Assembly (NCBI GenBank): GCA_949287685.1
Contig: CASEHF010000004.1
Coordinates: 1-60,853, forward strand
Origin: an uncultured Christensenella sp.
GTDB taxonomy: Bacteria > Bacillota > Clostridia > Christensenellales > UBA1242
Reading direction: 5' to 3'
Length of the DNA stretch: 60,853 nucleotides
The position numbers and the translations under genes are program-made. The notes beneath the pieces were generated by a model, which ran no database searches, was not told the origin of the DNA, and saw only the letters and a list, made by a program, of their open reading frames with translations. This document shows, piece by piece, positions 1 to 9,905 of this stretch. Every line of letters begins with the position of its first letter. Position 1 is the first letter of the stretch.

Positions 1-175
1 GATTAATATGTGAATGTGTATCAATTAACATTTTTTACTTCCTATATAATATAAAAGAATTTTATAAAAAAGCACTCATTTCGACTTTTAATAAAATAGA
101 CACTTATATAATACAAAACGCGAGAAAAATAGTCAAGTTTTTCATATATTTTGATTTAAGTTCTTAAATTTAGGT

Positions 176-775
176 ATGCGTAAGATTTGGTTTTTTATGG
201 TGCTAGCGAGTCTCGTGACCTTGCTATTCGTTGACCCAGAGGACAGTATCAATGCTATGATGAACGCAGGTGCAGATGCTGTGAATCTAACTATTAAGTT
301 ATTAGGCATTTATGCGGTGTGGCTAGGGATCATCGCCCTTGTTGATGCGAGTGGATTGTCTAATAAAATTGCTAACCTGCTCGACCCCGTAATAGATTGG
401 CTGTTTGGTAAAACTGACACGGAAACAAAAAAATACATTGCTCTAAATATGTCGGCGAACATTTTAGGTATGGGCAATGCCTGCACACCCACTGGATTAA
501 AGGCGATGAACGGGCTCGACAAACAGAACAACTCCACGGCCGCCTCAACCGCTATGATTATGCTAATCGTAATTAACGCAACTAGCCTCCAACTGATACC
601 TACCACAATTATAGGACTAAGGCAACAATACGGCAGCACCGCAAGTAGCGACATAATTCTGCCGACCATAATCTCGACATTTATCTCGACCGCCCTAGGC
701 ATAATTCTCGTAAAAATTTGCGCAAAAATTCACAAAAAACACCAAAATAAAATAAAAAAGAGCAAAAATAGATGA
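176..775 (+). CDS. spmA: Spore maturation protein A
   Basis: Membrane protein with NMSANILGMGNACTPTGLKAM and INATSLQLIPTTI motifs; overlaps the spmB start. Confidence 0.93.
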   Translation: MRKIWFFMVLASLVTLLFVDPEDSINAMMNAGADAVNLTIKLLGIYAVWLGIIALVDASGLSNKIANLLDPVIDWLFGKTDTETKKYIALNMSANILGMGNACTPTGLKAMNGLDKQNNSTAASTAMIMLIVINATSLQLIPTTIIGLRQQYGSTASSDIILPTIISTFISTALGIILVKICAKIHKKHQNKIKKSKNR

Positions 776-1284
776 CTGTCAGCGTGTTTGTCACTCCTGT
801 GCTGATAATTTTACTGCTTGTTTATTGTGCAAAAAAGAAAGTAAACTGCTACGGGACCTTTGCAAATGGGGCCAAGGGAGCAATTGGGCTTTGTCTCGAT
901 GTGCTACCCTTTTTGGTAACAATCTTTGTAGCCATTCAATTATTTCGCATTAGTGGGCTGGCTGAAATTGTGGCAAACTATTTGGGTCCAATAATTGAGT
1001 GTATAGGAATACCGCGCGAGTTGACCGAACTAATGATAATTAGACCCTTTAGCGGTAGTGGGAGCCTCGCACTTGCGGAGCAAATCTTTTCCACCTACGG
1101 ACCTGATAGTTATATATCGCGATGCGCTAGTGTAATTATGGGTAGTAGCGAAACCATTTTTTATGTAGCGACTATATATTTAAGTCAAACCAAAGCAAAA
1201 CGCCTACTCTACGCAATACCAGTAGCGCTCATTGCAACGCTTGCTAGCAGCATAATCGCGTGTCTACTATGTCGAGTAATGTAA
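772..1284 (+). CDS. spmB: Spore maturation protein B
   Basis: IRPFSGSGS and MGSSETIFYV motifs; ATGA-coupled to spmA. Confidence 0.93.
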   Translation: MTVSVFVTPVLIILLLVYCAKKKVNCYGTFANGAKGAIGLCLDVLPFLVTIFVAIQLFRISGLAEIVANYLGPIIECIGIPRELTELMIIRPFSGSGSLALAEQIFSTYGPDSYISRCASVIMGSSETIFYVATIYLSQTKAKRLLYAIPVALIATLASSIIACLLCRVM

Positions 1285-1699
1285 ATGTTATATAAAACTT
1301 CCCCAAAGCAATTTTAGTAAACACCACTGTCTAGCGCTGTGCAAATTATAAAATTGAAAAGCAAAAACGCGCTTTACTAAAAACCCAAGAATCAAATGCC
1401 AAAACAAACCAGAAATTAAAAGATTTTAGGAGGTAAAATATGAAATTGTTTGATTTAATAAAATTAAAATATTTGGTATAATTTTGCTTGTATTTTTTGA
1501 AATTTAATAAAAATTAGCCACTTTTACACAATTTTAATAGTACTAGCATTAGTTTTATAATAATGTAAGTCGTTATACTATGATAACAGTAGCTAACTCA
1601 TAAAAAGCAACTTTGATAACTTTTTCACAAAATAGTTAAGTACTTTATATTATTTGAATAATGATAGTCTAGTCAATCGGTATTATTTTTGTAAAGGTA

Positions 1700-1728
1700 T
1701 TGAAATCAAAAATGTTATGTGGTATAAT
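1700..1728 (+). promoter_or_regulatory. sigmaA promoter (TTGAAA-17-TATAAT, TG-extended) for the 1760 gene
   Basis: Near-consensus hexamers with a 17-bp spacer, about 30 nt upstream of the start codon. Confidence 0.7.
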
Positions 1729-1759
1729 ATATTAAATAGGATTTAGAATTGAGGAAAAA

Positions 1760-2530
1760 ATGGTTATAATAGATAAAATACTGACACTTGACGATGTCGA
1801 GAAATTGAATAAAGCAAATAGAGCCGAAGTTATACTAAAAAACACGGTGGGACAAAAAGCCGATATTATAGAGCAACTTAATGACAATGTAAGTATTCGA
1901 GTAATCAACGGTTATGATGCCACAAAATACGCAAAATACAAAGAACCTAAGTACCAACAACGCACTTATTACAAGCCGAAAGATTTGGCGGCAGTGATTA
2001 GAGCTTTTGAGACAATTGAAAACAACATAGATAAAAAATGGACTGACACCGAAAAGGCGCTATTTGTATATATTTATTTAATTAAAAATATTCAATACGA
2101 CTATGACAGCAAAAACAACGATGCGAACAGCAATTTACTCCCTATACTCACCCATTCCAGCAAGTGTGCAGGCTTTGCCACCTGTTTTATGGAGGCTATG
2201 GACCGACTAGAAATTGAAAATGAATTTAAAAATGTCCCCAAAATTCACTCCTTTAATTTTGTTAAATTAAACAAGCACTGGCGCGCTATTGATGTCACTT
2301 GGGGGCGCACTTATCTCGATGGAGAGCCAAATAACAAAGACTTTTTACGACACTTTGGCATGTTGCCAATTGATGACAAATCATGTACCTTCACATATTT
2401 TTTAACTGATGAGCCTTTACAAAAAACCAAGCCCTTCACAAAGAGTGAAGTGAAAAATGCCCTCAAGACTATAAATGCTAGCCGACATAAATTCGCCACA
2501 CAAGATAAAGAAAGTGAAATGGCACGATAG
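1760..2530 (+). CDS. Transglutaminase-like (Cys-His-Asp) domain protein, no signal peptide
   Basis: KCAGFA, HSFN and IDVTWG motifs in transglutaminase-like order; GAGG RBS. Confidence 0.75.
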   Translation: MVIIDKILTLDDVEKLNKANRAEVILKNTVGQKADIIEQLNDNVSIRVINGYDATKYAKYKEPKYQQRTYYKPKDLAAVIRAFETIENNIDKKWTDTEKALFVYIYLIKNIQYDYDSKNNDANSNLLPILTHSSKCAGFATCFMEAMDRLEIENEFKNVPKIHSFNFVKLNKHWRAIDVTWGRTYLDGEPNNKDFLRHFGMLPIDDKSCTFTYFLTDEPLQKTKPFTKSEVKNALKTINASRHKFATQDKESEMAR

Positions 2531-2673
2531 TTTAATAACATACAAAACTAAGTGAAACTTTAAAAAAAATTACATTAAATGCGATTTTTATTAAAAATTT
2601 GATATTTTTAATTGTTTTTGATAAAATTTTACGAAATTTAAACCATATTACTTAAACTATAACATTTGAATTA

Positions 2674-2711
2674 AAAAACTACACTTCCGTAATTTAGGTA
2701 GTGTAGTTTTT
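2674..2711. terminator. Bidirectional intrinsic terminator between the convergent 1760 gene and clpC
   Basis: AAAAACTACACT...AGTGTAGTTTTT inverted repeat with A and T tracts. Confidence 0.6.
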
Positions 2712-2783
2712 ATTTATGAAATGCCTACATTATTCTATTATCTTAAAAACTATATATTAATTTTATTTATATAAGCGTACTTT

Positions 2784-5297
2784 TTAAGTATTAGGCTGAC
2801 TGGATGTATCGGTAGAAGCATCTGTCTTGGGTTGGTAAATGCGGAATTTGAGTTTGCCTAGTTCGACATCGGCATCTACTGTGACCTTTGCATTGGCGGT
2901 AAGTTTCCCTGATAAAATCTCATCAGCAAGTTTATCCTCAATCTCCTGCTCAATCACTCTACGCAACGGTCTAGCACCATAGTCGGCGGTATATCCCTTT
3001 TGCACAAGGTACTTTAGCGCATCCTCGGTAAATTTGAGTTCGATATTTTGCGCTTTTAGTTTGTTGACCACCTTTGTGATTAACAACTTCGCAATGTGAG
3101 CAAGTTCGGGCTTTGATAGTGACTTGAATATCACAATACTATCAATACGGTTTAAAAATTCAGGTCTAAACATACCTTTTATCGCTTTATTCAAGATTTC
3201 GGCAGCATCCTCATCGAGTTTTGCAATTTTATCCTCATCCTCTTCTTGCTCGTATTGGGCGCGATTTTTCTTGTATGCGGGGTCACTAACCCCTGCGTTA
3301 CTGGTCATAATTATAATAGTGTTTTTAAAACTTACAGTTCTACCGTGGCTGTCTGTCAACCTACCATCATCCATAACCTGCAACAAAATGTTAAACACAT
3401 CGGGATGCGCCTTTTCAATCTCATCAAATAAGATAATTGAATACGGCTTTCTACGCACTTGCTCAGTAAGTTGTCCGCCATCATCGTGCCCTATATATCC
3501 TGGAGGCGAACCGATTAGTTTGCTAACCGAATGCGACTCCATATACTCACTCATATCAAGGCGAATAATTAAATTTTCATCATCAAACATTGCCTCAGCC
3601 AAGGCTTTACTTAACTCAGTTTTTCCAACACCTGTAGGTCCTAAAAACAAGAATGTGCCTATTGGTCTATTTGGGTCCTTGAGTCCTGCGCGAGCACGGC
3701 GAATTGCTTTACTAACCGCCACGACCGCCTGGTCCTGCCCAATCACACGAGCGTGAAGCAAACTCTCGAGTCCCATAAGTTTGTCGCGTTCGGTCTTGGT
3801 AAGTTTTGTAACAGGAATATGTGTCCACTGAGACACCACGCGCGCAATATCATCAAAACCTATGCTTGCGCTATTTTCCTTGCTCTCAAAGTCCGCTTGC
3901 ATTTTGTCGATCTCCTCGGTTACTCGCTTGATTTCCTCGCGAATAAAGGCTGCTTTTTCGTAATTTTGAGCGACAACAGCCTCTTTTTTGTCATTTTCGA
4001 GGCGAATTAACTCATCTTTTTTCTGTTTTAGAGGCGCCGGAATTGTAGCACCGCTAACTTTTGCACGACTGCTCGCCTCATCGATTAGGTCGATTGCCTT
4101 GTCTGGCAAACTTCTGTCCATAATGTAGCGGTCACTGAGAGTCGCAGCAGCCTCAATTGCTTCATCTGTAATTTTGACATTGTGGAAAGCCTCATAACTA
4201 TCGCGGAGTCCCTCTAGAATTTTAATCGTTTGCTCGACTGTCGGTGGATTCACCATAACAGGCTGAAATCTACGCTCGAGCGCCTTGTCCTGTTCGATAA
4301 ATTTGCGATACTCATCGGTAGTTGTGGCACCGATTGTCTGGAGTTCTCCACGCGCAAGGTATGGTTTTAGCATATCAGCAGGGCTAATTTCGCCCTTGTC
4401 ACCACCCGCCTGTGCTAAGGTATGCAACTCATCGATAAACACGATAATGTCTTTATTCTGGATAATAGTCTCTACGGCGTTTTTGAGTTTTTCCTCCATA
4501 CTACCGCGATACTTTGTACCCGCCATTAAGGAGCCGAGTTCGAGCGAAAAAATTGTTTTATTCTTTAATAAATCTGGCACATTTCCATTCACAATCGCGG
4601 TAGCCAAGCCCTCTACAACGGCTGATTTTCCGACCCCCGCCTCACCAATTAGCACGGGGTTGTTCTTAGTTTTTCTACACAAAATCTCGATAACGCGGGC
4701 AATCTCATCCTCGCGCCCGATTACGGGGTCAATTTTGTTTTGGCGTGCTTTTAGCGTTAAATCGGTACCGAGGTCGAGTAGATTTTTGGGCAAGGTACTG
4801 CCATCGTTTTTAGAGTCAACGGTTTCGCCGCTCTCGCCCTCCTCGTACGATTCGTTTCGGAGCGCATTCAGCACATCATATTTCAGCTTATCGATGTCGA
4901 TATTAAACCCACGCTCAAGCATCGTAAGTGCCGCACTTCTGTTTGTCGCGAGCATTGCTAGCATTACATGCTCGGTCCCCACAAAAGTTTGCCCTAGGCG
5001 TGCAGAAATTTCTTGACTAGCGCGCAAAATTTCCTTTACTAGCGGAGTTAAATCGATTTCGCTCTGGTCTAGACTTGGGCTTTTTTGCACATTCTCATCA
5101 AAAAGTTGCAAATAACTTGCTTTTGTCACTCCATATTTTTTCAGTATTTTTGCGGACAAGCATTCCTCAACCGAAATTATACCAAAAAGCAAGTGCTCGG
5201 TGCCAAGCTCCAAATGGCCGCTACGGTTGGCAAGTTCTCCCGCGTTTTGCAATGCTGTGTCCACAAGTTGTGTAAATCCATTGTTTTGTGAAAACAT
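2784..5297 (-). CDS. clpC: ATP-dependent Clp protease ATP-binding subunit ClpC
   Basis: Two Clp-N repeats (GTEH), Walker A motifs GEAGVGKS and GPTGVGKT, UVR coiled coil; located in the ctsR operon. Confidence 0.96.
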   Translation of the reverse strand: MFSQNNGFTQLVDTALQNAGELANRSGHLELGTEHLLFGIISVEECLSAKILKKYGVTKASYLQLFDENVQKSPSLDQSEIDLTPLVKEILRASQEISARLGQTFVGTEHVMLAMLATNRSAALTMLERGFNIDIDKLKYDVLNALRNESYEEGESGETVDSKNDGSTLPKNLLDLGTDLTLKARQNKIDPVIGREDEIARVIEILCRKTKNNPVLIGEAGVGKSAVVEGLATAIVNGNVPDLLKNKTIFSLELGSLMAGTKYRGSMEEKLKNAVETIIQNKDIIVFIDELHTLAQAGGDKGEISPADMLKPYLARGELQTIGATTTDEYRKFIEQDKALERRFQPVMVNPPTVEQTIKILEGLRDSYEAFHNVKITDEAIEAAATLSDRYIMDRSLPDKAIDLIDEASSRAKVSGATIPAPLKQKKDELIRLENDKKEAVVAQNYEKAAFIREEIKRVTEEIDKMQADFESKENSASIGFDDIARVVSQWTHIPVTKLTKTERDKLMGLESLLHARVIGQDQAVVAVSKAIRRARAGLKDPNRPIGTFLFLGPTGVGKTELSKALAEAMFDDENLIIRLDMSEYMESHSVSKLIGSPPGYIGHDDGGQLTEQVRRKPYSIILFDEIEKAHPDVFNILLQVMDDGRLTDSHGRTVSFKNTIIIMTSNAGVSDPAYKKNRAQYEQEEDEDKIAKLDEDAAEILNKAIKGMFRPEFLNRIDSIVIFKSLSKPELAHIAKLLITKVVNKLKAQNIELKFTEDALKYLVQKGYTADYGARPLRRVIEQEIEDKLADEILSGKLTANAKVTVDADVELGKLKFRIYQPKTDASTDTSSQPNT

Positions 5298-5300
5298 AGT

Positions 5301-5795
5301 CTATTCCCCCTTTTTTCCTTCAATATTATCAATTTGACGCTTCAATGCCGCGGCATCCTCGTATCGCTCCTCGGCTACGGCGTTTTTCAACCTCTCTTTT
5401 AGGCTGTCCACTTCGCTAGCCTTTGGCAATGTGCGTTTTTTTAGTTTCACTCTCTCAATAGGCGCTGGCTGGTCAGCATAAAAGTTCTTTATTGCAGGCT
5501 CGACAACTTCGCTTAAATATTTATAACACTCTGGGCAGTTGAGCCTACCGGTTTCCAAAAATTCTTTACTCGTATACCCGCATACAGGACACGAAAGCAC
5601 CCTACGCGAAGGCTTGCGGCGCGCAAACGCAACAGGGAAATCGAAAAATTCCCCAATCATTGGCTCGACAATTTCATCTAGCCCGCGCTCCTTTCGTGCG
5701 CAATCGGCACAGAGATGCTGCTCAGTACGATGCCCATTTATCTCCAGCCAAGTTAAGTGTGTGGCTGGCTTTCCACATTTATCACAATAATACAT
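5301..5795 (-). CDS. mcsA: McsA (four CxxC motifs plus UvrB/C motif)
   Basis: CDKC, CADC, CPVC, CPEC and AVAEERYEDAA; lies between ctsR and clpC. Confidence 0.9.
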   Translation of the reverse strand: MYYCDKCGKPATHLTWLEINGHRTEQHLCADCARKERGLDEIVEPMIGEFFDFPVAFARRKPSRRVLSCPVCGYTSKEFLETGRLNCPECYKYLSEVVEPAIKNFYADQPAPIERVKLKKRTLPKASEVDSLKERLKNAVAEERYEDAAALKRQIDNIEGKKGE

Positions 5796-5807
5796 AGACT
5801 CACCTCC

Positions 5808-6275
5808 TCAGTCCTTTTTCCTTAAAAATTTTTTGTGTTTTACTAAAATTCGCTGCAAAATCTGCGCGCGTAAGTGGTTTTCTAGTTTGAACGGATTACT
5901 CAATGCGCTAGGACTCAAGGCAATTTTAATTATTTCCGCCTCATCCTCGTGCAATACATTACGCTCGACCGCGCTATCTATTATATAGCACGCCGTGCGG
6001 TAATCAACACCATCATTCAGCCTATCAATAACGCCATTGAGCCAAGTCGAATCTTTCGTATCGGCGCGCATAATCGTAATGTAGCCGCCACCGCCGCGCT
6101 TTGATTCAATGAGAAAGCCACGCTCGTAATTAAAGCGTGTAGACAGCACATAGTTAATTTGACTAGGGGCGACATTGAAGTAACTAGCCAAGTCATTGCG
6201 GCTAATATCAAGGTAATTATCATCTCCTAGGGTCTTAATCAAAAATTCCTCTATCATATCCGAAATATTTGACAC
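5808..6275 (-). CDS. ctsR: Class III heat-shock repressor CtsR (GTG start at 6275 after AGGAGG)
   Basis: SNISDMIEEF, APSQINYVLSTRF and ESKRGGGGYI motifs. Confidence 0.95.
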   Translation of the reverse strand: MSNISDMIEEFLIKTLGDDNYLDISRNDLASYFNVAPSQINYVLSTRFNYERGFLIESKRGGGGYITIMRADTKDSTWLNGVIDRLNDGVDYRTACYIIDSAVERNVLHEDEAEIIKIALSPSALSNPFKLENHLRAQILQRILVKHKKFLRKKD

Positions 6276-6452
6276 GCCACACCTCCTTTGTGCGCCTCTC
6301 ACACAACGAAATTGCAAAAAATTGCACTTTTTTATCAAAAAACGCGTTTTTTACGCTTTTTTAGCGTTCTTTGCGCATTCGTTAAACCTCGATACTTTTG
6401 CCCTCCCCACCTATCGAAGTGGAGTGTCAATGATTTCGTGGAGTTGTGCGAG

Positions 6453-6469
6453 TTTGACTTTCTTTGACC
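6453..6469 (-). promoter_or_regulatory. CtsR operator GGTCAAA-GAA-AGTCAAA
   Basis: Exact heptad direct-repeat consensus just downstream of the ctsR -10 box. Confidence 0.9.
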
Positions 6470-6474
6470 TTTAT

Positions 6475-6503
6475 ATTATATATTTATTATATGCATTTGT
6501 CAA
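6475..6503 (-). promoter_or_regulatory. sigmaA promoter of ctsR-mcsA-clpC (TTGACA-17-TATAAT)
   Basis: Perfect consensus hexamers and 17-bp spacer. Confidence 0.88.
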
Positions 6504-6604
6504 TAGTTTGTGTCAAGTTTTTCTAAAAAATTTGAGAAAATTTTTATTATTAGCAATGCGATTGAGATACACACCCTCTCCCTCAAATTTCCTCTAAAAA
6601 ATAT

Positions 6605-6643
6605 CGAACAAATGTTTGACAAAGCCAATTTTTTGTATATAAT
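6605..6643 (+). promoter_or_regulatory. LexA/SOS box CGAACAAATGTTTG overlapping the -35 of a TTGACA-16-TATAAT promoter for dinB
   Basis: Matches the Firmicute Cheo box CGAACRNRYGTTYG upstream of a Y-family polymerase. Confidence 0.75.
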
Positions 6644-6753
6644 ATATAGGAATAGATGCGGTGCGTGGGCGCAGTGCAGAGGCACACCGCCGATAGATAA
6701 GTAAAGCTATTCGCTCTTAATGTTGTCTACAGTTAGTTAGGAATGTTTAAAAA

Positions 6754-6802
6754 GGAATAGATCCTTTGTCTAAAGGCGCTGCGGGTCGAGGCTCAGGATG
6801 AC
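6754..6802 (+). repeat. REP-like palindromic element, family A (GGAATAGATCCTT...GGTCGAGGCTCAGGATGAC)
   Basis: Near-identical copies at 8382 and 58903 (minus); variants at 12519, 42062 and 46024. Confidence 0.8.
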
Positions 6803-7035
6803 CAGTAAATGAAACGCACCGCGGATACGACTGTACTATTTTCTTGTTGGTACGACTTGTTCTTTCTTATTGCGGGTGAGGCTTCGCACCGACTACACAC
6901 CGAGGTCGAGGCTCAATAGGAATTACAGATTGCGCTTAAAAGTCAACAACTTAACCCGCGCGACAATATATAGTTAAGTATATAAAACCAGCAGCATAAA
7001 AATAAAGGGAAATTAAATAATCAAGGAGGTGAAGC

Positions 7036-8182
7036 GTGGACAAGATAATTTTGCATTGTGATTTAAACAACTTTTATGCATCAGTGGAATGCGTGCTAAA
7101 CCCCGTATTATGGTCAAAGCCCGTTGCGGTCACAGGTAACCCGCGCACGCGACACGGCATAATTTTAGCAAAAAACAATGTAGCAAAAAGTTTTGGCATT
7201 AAGACCGCACAAGCCATTTGGGAGGCGAAAAAACTTTGCCCTGATTTAATTTGCTTACCTCCGCAGTTTGAAATTTACAAAAAATACAGCGAGCAAGTGC
7301 GCGAAATCTACAAGCGTTTTACCGATAGAGTCGAGAGTTTTGGACCCGATGAGTGTTGGCTAGATGTCACCCACTCTACTAAACTTTTTGGCAGCGGCCC
7401 CGAAATTGCAGACAGGCTACGCGAGATTGTAAAAAAGGAAACAGGGCTCACGATTTCGGTCGGGGTGTCCTTTAACAAATACTTCGCAAAACTCGGCAGC
7501 GACTTAAAGAAACCCGATGCGACAACGGTTATCACGCGCGAGAATTTTCGAGACAAAATTTGGGGGCTGCCTGCGGATAGCCTAATTTTTATCGGTAAAC
7601 ACACCATTATCAAACTCAACCGCCTCAACATCTACACGATCGGCGATTTAGCGCAGGCGGATGAAAATGTATTAAAGCAGCAATCTATTATCAAGCCAAT
7701 GATTGACCGCTGTACGCGATTTGCGCACATATGAGGAGGTCGAGACTATGGTATTGACTCTCGCCGAAAAGGTCACTTATCGTATGCGACAAATAGGAGT
7801 GCTCGGGAGAACAGCAACCTTGTCGATTCGAAATAACGATTTAACGCACAGCTCACACTCCATAACCACCCAAACCGCCATCGACAATGCCGAGGACTTC
7901 GCTAAAATGTGTATGCAGATTTTTGACAAACACTGGAAAGCAAACACCCCTTACGCAATTAGGGCGGTGCGGGTAAGTTTGTCCAATCTAGAGCGTGCAG
8001 ACACGGCACGGCAAATAAACCTTTTCGATTATAACAAAAACGAGAAGTTAAAAAAGTTAAATGAAAGCCTAGATAAAATTAGAGACAAGTACGGCTACTA
8101 TGCTGTTAGGCGGGCAAAAACCATTGAGCGTGATTTTATAAATTATTACGAAGCCGATGAGGAGGAGGCAGAAGCAGACTAA
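7036..8182 (+). pseudogene. dinB: DNA polymerase IV, split by an internal deletion and frameshift near 7700
   Basis: 7036-7734 has ILHCDLNNFYASVE, GPDECWLD and DLKKPD; 7703-8182 has the little-finger domain in another frame; the linker (NG.D...KS.G) is missing. Confidence 0.85.
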
Positions 8183-8381
8183 ATAGAAAAAAAGTTGCAC
8201 TATGCTATAATTAGGCTAGAAAAATGTGGTTAGTAATAGTATTTCCTGTTTTAAAAGGAATAGATTTTTCGGTGCGTGGGCACAGTGCGGAAGCGGTGCG
8301 AAGCCGCACACGCAATAAATAATACTAAGGGGCTACGCATTTTTAGTGATTGTTTGCGGTTTGCTTGGATATTTTTTAAGC

Positions 8382-8428
8382 GGAATAGATCCTTCGTCTG
8401 AAGGCTTCGCGGGTCGAGGCTCAGGATG
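8382..8428 (+). repeat. REP-like element, family A copy
   Basis: GGAATAGATCCTTCGTCTGAAGGCTTCGCGGGTCGAGGCTCAGGATG. Confidence 0.8.
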
Positions 8429-8680
8429 CCTTCCCGCGAGCGGGAAGTCTGGCGCAAGAGTACTTAGCACGGTAAGAAGCGAATAGTTTTGCGCCAGCCC
8501 AGCATCATCCTCTTATTTTTAGTTGTAACCCAAGAATTTTTAAAGAGGAATAGATTTTTCGGTGCGTAGCCGCACACGCAATATATACATATTTAAGTAA
8601 AGCCACGCACTGCGTGCTTTGATTTAATTTTGCTTGTATTTTTTAAAAACTTGCGTTTTTTAATCGTTTTTACACGGTTT

Positions 8681-8845
8681 TTACGGTACTATGCAATAGT
8701 TTTTGATTGCATAGTACTATAAAACAAAACTTTGATATTGTATAACAATTAAATCACATAGTGCCACAAATCAAAAACTAAATATTGCATAGCACCGTAA
8801 AGAAAAACTTAGATATCACATAGTACTATGAAATAAAATTTAAAT
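8681..8845. repeat. Family B repeat cluster (GTACTATGCAAT / ATTGCATAGTAC) with degenerate units of about 31 bp
   Basis: Perfect 12-bp inverted repeat at 8686-8717 plus related units near 8753, 8784 and 8815. Confidence 0.7.
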
Positions 8846-9100
8846 ACCCCCACTAGCACGCAATATATAATACCATAATGAACTTTCTATATATATAATA
8901 TAGACTTTCCTATTCGAGATTTATTTATAAAGTTTTATCTAATTATTTGTCCAATTAACTTTTGTATATAAAAAAAACGAGGCAAAATACCTCGTTATTC
9001 AAAAAGTAAAAAGGATTGATGTAAATTCAAGATAAGATTTTTACCACCTAGCACATTACGGGGTCGAGTGTAAAAACTTAACTTAAGCTCTCACCCTCAC

Positions 9101-9892
9101 CTATTGCTGGCGCTCGTAATCTAAATTTTGTTTTTGCTTTTTAGTTTTATATAGAGGGAGAGGCTCATCCTCAAACTCCTCATCCTCCTCAATTAAGTCA
9201 AGCCCAAGTTCGGCACGAATGTCATTTAAGCGTTTTTCCATTTCAAACTTCAGCTCGTTCTTTAAATCATCAAATAAAATTTGATTTTGAGACTTTGAAT
9301 ACTCGTAGACATCTTTGCGGAGTTTATTCACATTAATACCCGCCTCATCCTCGGAAACGATTGCTTTCGCACGCTCGTAATCAACATTCAGCAGTCTCGC
9401 TAGCACAAAAGCCTCATCCTGCCTAGCTCCCATTGACACGACTCTGTCAATATCAAACTCATTTAATTTGCCACCAAATTCGGACTCAAAGGCATCGTTT
9501 GCGCGCTCAACCGCCTCCCAAATGGCTGGCATTTGCTCCTCATCCCCCAACTCTGCCCCGATATAATTATACGCAACGCACACAAAAGCCCCTAGTCTAA
9601 TTCCAAAGGCGCAAGGGGTGTCCGTGTCATTGAGCCCAGCCTCCAAAAGGTTATCTTTTATTTCCATAGGGTCAGTGAATTGATACTTGTCTATTACTTT
9701 TCGCACTTGCGCTACCTCGGGATATGCACCGAGTTTGCGGAGTTCTGCCACGCACTTTTTAACATCTTGATAACAAATTTCAAAAGTATCCCCTGCGCGA
9801 ATTTCGAGCGGGTCGAGCCTTTGTTGCGGGTTGTTTTTAATAATTGGCATATCCTCGTGGATTTTATATTCAAAATCTTTTGGCTTGGGCAT
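9101..9892 (-). CDS. Hypothetical acidic soluble protein (probable start MPKPK at 9892)
   Basis: Long ORF with AAGGTGG RBS, downstream of the 9906-10715 gene; no family recognised. Confidence 0.75.
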   Translation of the reverse strand: MPKPKDFEYKIHEDMPIIKNNPQQRLDPLEIRAGDTFEICYQDVKKCVAELRKLGAYPEVAQVRKVIDKYQFTDPMEIKDNLLEAGLNDTDTPCAFGIRLGAFVCVAYNYIGAELGDEEQMPAIWEAVERANDAFESEFGGKLNEFDIDRVVSMGARQDEAFVLARLLNVDYERAKAIVSEDEAGINVNKLRKDVYEYSKSQNQILFDDLKNELKFEMEKRLNDIRAELGLDLIEEDEEFEDEPLPLYKTKKQKQNLDYERQQ

Positions 9893-9905
9893 AACATACC
9901 ACCTT

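Noticed and set aside
142-170. sigmaE promoter with a leaderless spmA transcript
   Set aside because: The -10 (CTTAAATT) departs from consensus in AT-rich DNA; plausible but too weak to call
3124-5016. Long antisense ORFs over clpC (and similar ones over gap, tpiA, pgk, rplK and the 16317 gene)
   Set aside because: Shadow frames of well-supported genes on the opposite strand
7690-7734. Programmed ribosomal frameshift in dinB
   Set aside because: No slippery heptamer is evident and a conserved linker segment is missing, so recoding would not restore the protein
9020-9090. Hairpin downstream of the 9101 gene as an ncRNA
   Set aside because: AT-rich imperfect stem that is adequately explained as a 3' UTR structure before the terminator-like repeat near 8975-8996
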